Positions 36,603 through 38,206 of a stretch of 38,206 bases of DNA are shown here, one piece after another. The translations under genes were made by a program, and so were the position numbers. How positions within the stretch are numbered: position 1 is the first letter of the stretch; every line of letters begins with the position of its first letter. This stretch comes from Candidatus Moanibacter sp. (lineage in GTDB: Bacteria; Verrucomicrobiota; Verrucomicrobiia; Opitutales; UBA2987), in the NCBI GenBank assembly GCA_965215885.1, contig CBDCEW010000018.1, forward strand, positions 1 to 38,206, in the 5' to 3' direction. The notes beneath the pieces were generated by a model that saw only the letters and a list, made by a program, of their open reading frames with translations, had not been told where the DNA came from and did no database searches.

Positions 36603-38024
36603 ATGAAATCGAAAACCACTCTTACGATGGTGGATGGCGTACGTATCATTGTTCCAGATTCGCCGAATTTGCTCACAACCTATGTCCTTCGTGAGCAAGA
36701 AGACTGGTTCGAGGATGAAATCAAGTTTCTGCGCCACCTACTGCAACCAGGACAGAGAGTCATTGACATTGGTGCCAACTACGGCGTCTACACGCTGTCG
36801 ATGGCTAAGCTCGTGGGATCTACCGGACGTGTGTGGGCCTTCGAGCCGACGTCAACGACCGCAAGCCTGCTCGCAGCAAGCATCGCCGCCAATGACTTCG
36901 GTCAAGTAGTATTGGAACAAAAAGCGCTCTCTAACATGAGGGGTACCACGCAATTGTCATTGAACGACAACTCAGAACTGAATGCGCTAGTGCGCGATGA
37001 TGAGTATATTGGTGAGACTGAGACCGTTTCTCTCGTAACCCTTGATGAGTGCTTAGAAGACCGTGACTGGCAAGACATCGAATTTCTCAAACTGGATGCT
37101 GAAGGAGAGGAAACCAATATCCTTCGCGGTGGGACTCGCTTCTTTGCAACACAGTCACCGCTCGTCCAGTATGAAATAAAAGCGGGTACAGAACTACATT
37201 TAGAGTTGGAACAAGCTTTCGCTGAACTTGGCTACTCCTCCTATCGCCTTGTACCAGGACTCAACTTGCTGACCCGCTTTAACGAGAAAGAACCAGTCGA
37301 TGACTACCTGCTGAATCTATTTTGCTGTAAGCCGGATCGTGCCCACCGGCTCGCCGTCCGGGGATTTCTGGTTGAAGCGACGGTCGATACAAAGATGGAG
37401 GAATTACAGTCCAATACTCCTCGTGGTAAACTCGATAGCGATCAAACAAATAATTGGCTGGTTACTCTAACAAGATTTCCTTATGGACAAATGTGCGCCG
37501 TGCATTGGAGAAAGATGATGGCCGCCGGGCAGTGTGGGGAAGTTGAGGCAGCGTTGTCGTGCTATGCACTGTCACGAAGTCCTTCCTTGACTGCTGCTGA
37601 GCGCTTCTCTGCCTTGGAAGAGAGTTTTGTGCGTCTCAAGGCTCTCTGCGAAACACAGCCGGCCTATCTACGATTGGCCAGCCTTGCGCGTGTCGCACGG
37701 GACTATGGTGCCCGTTTACTCGCCGTGAAAGCCCTTAGCCAACTGTGCAATACAATTTTCCGGCAAGGTCAGGTAAACCCAATCGAGCCTTTTCTTGCGC
37801 CTGGGGAACGTTTTGATTCAGTGTCACCACGGAATTCCATAGCAAACTGGATTGAGGCGGCATCTTTAGAAGAACTTGAGCGGAACGGAGCTTTCTCGTC
37901 GTTCTATACTGGCGCATCCGCTAAAGAGCGCTTGTCAATTATACGCGACTTGGGCTTTGGCAGTGATGAAATGAATCGTCGCCTGAATTTAATCGAACTG
38001 CGTTTTGATACGTCCAATGTATAG
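36603..38024 (+). CDS. FkbM-family SAM methyltransferase with C-terminal extension
   Basis: VIDIGANYG, VWAFEP, FLKLDAEGEE. The ORF-track extension from 36501 derives from the duplication. Confidence 0.9.
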   Translation: MKSKTTLTMVDGVRIIVPDSPNLLTTYVLREQEDWFEDEIKFLRHLLQPGQRVIDIGANYGVYTLSMAKLVGSTGRVWAFEPTSTTASLLAASIAANDFGQVVLEQKALSNMRGTTQLSLNDNSELNALVRDDEYIGETETVSLVTLDECLEDRDWQDIEFLKLDAEGEETNILRGGTRFFATQSPLVQYEIKAGTELHLELEQAFAELGYSSYRLVPGLNLLTRFNEKEPVDDYLLNLFCCKPDRAHRLAVRGFLVEATVDTKMEELQSNTPRGKLDSDQTNNWLVTLTRFPYGQMCAVHWRKMMAAGQCGEVEAALSCYALSRSPSLTAAERFSALEESFVRLKALCETQPAYLRLASLARVARDYGARLLAVKALSQLCNTIFRQGQVNPIEPFLAPGERFDSVSPRNSIANWIEAASLEELERNGAFSSFYTGASAKERLSIIRDLGFGSDEMNRRLNLIELRFDTSNV

Positions 38025-38206
38025 GCTGATCAAGGCAGCGATGGAGAATTCCCGGTTATTAAGAATGAGAGATGATTTCCCTCTCGATCTTTCATCAACT
38101 CCGGCCATTGGATCTCCTCAAATTTGTCAGCTGGAATTCTCTTTCGTGGGAGTGTGGTTGCAGTTGTTGGGAATTCTTCCTGCAAGGAACAATCATGCCC
38201 CAGAGT

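Noticed and set aside
36441..37093. Diversity-generating retroelement TR/VR pair
   Set aside because: Differences are clustered indels rather than adenine-specific substitutions, and no reverse transcriptase is present.

Overview
A 38.2 kb bacterial window. Its gene content and repeat types suggest Verrucomicrobiota/PVC, but that is inference only. Left part: end of a glycosylation cluster (GT2, hexapeptide acetyltransferase), tRNA-Arg(CCT), a putative copper-monooxygenase-like exported protein, a WYL pseudogene, an HTTM (vitamin-K-dependent carboxylase-like) gene split by an IS with a 6-bp TSD, a stand-alone adenylation-PCP protein, and MauE/DoxX and DsbA genes. Centre (11.0-21.6 kb), the best candidate for an uncharacterised system: a MotA/TolQ/ExbB-family ion-motor subunit co-transcribed with an actin/Hsp70-like-FHA protein and two paralogous proteins built as an ExbD/MotB-type Asp-bearing TM helix, coiled coil and vWA domain. 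These are flanked by a membrane-anchored TPR/PEGA-like protein, two Q/G/S-rich exported proteins and two lipoproteins. Right part: a heavily eroded catabolic region (intact SucCD-like ligase, two-subunit Fe-S hydratase and sugar-isomerase-like genes among fragments of E1, E2, SDR, enolase-family and IlvC genes), a degenerate ISL3 with an 8-bp TSD, an AP2-like protein, an M16 peptidase, a BrnT(pseudo)/BrnA pair, a second copy of the IS and an FkbM methyltransferase. Several short repeat/MITE families end at CTAG/TAG stop codons, and two short duplications may be assembly artefacts. All calls come from manual motif reading; no database searches were run.
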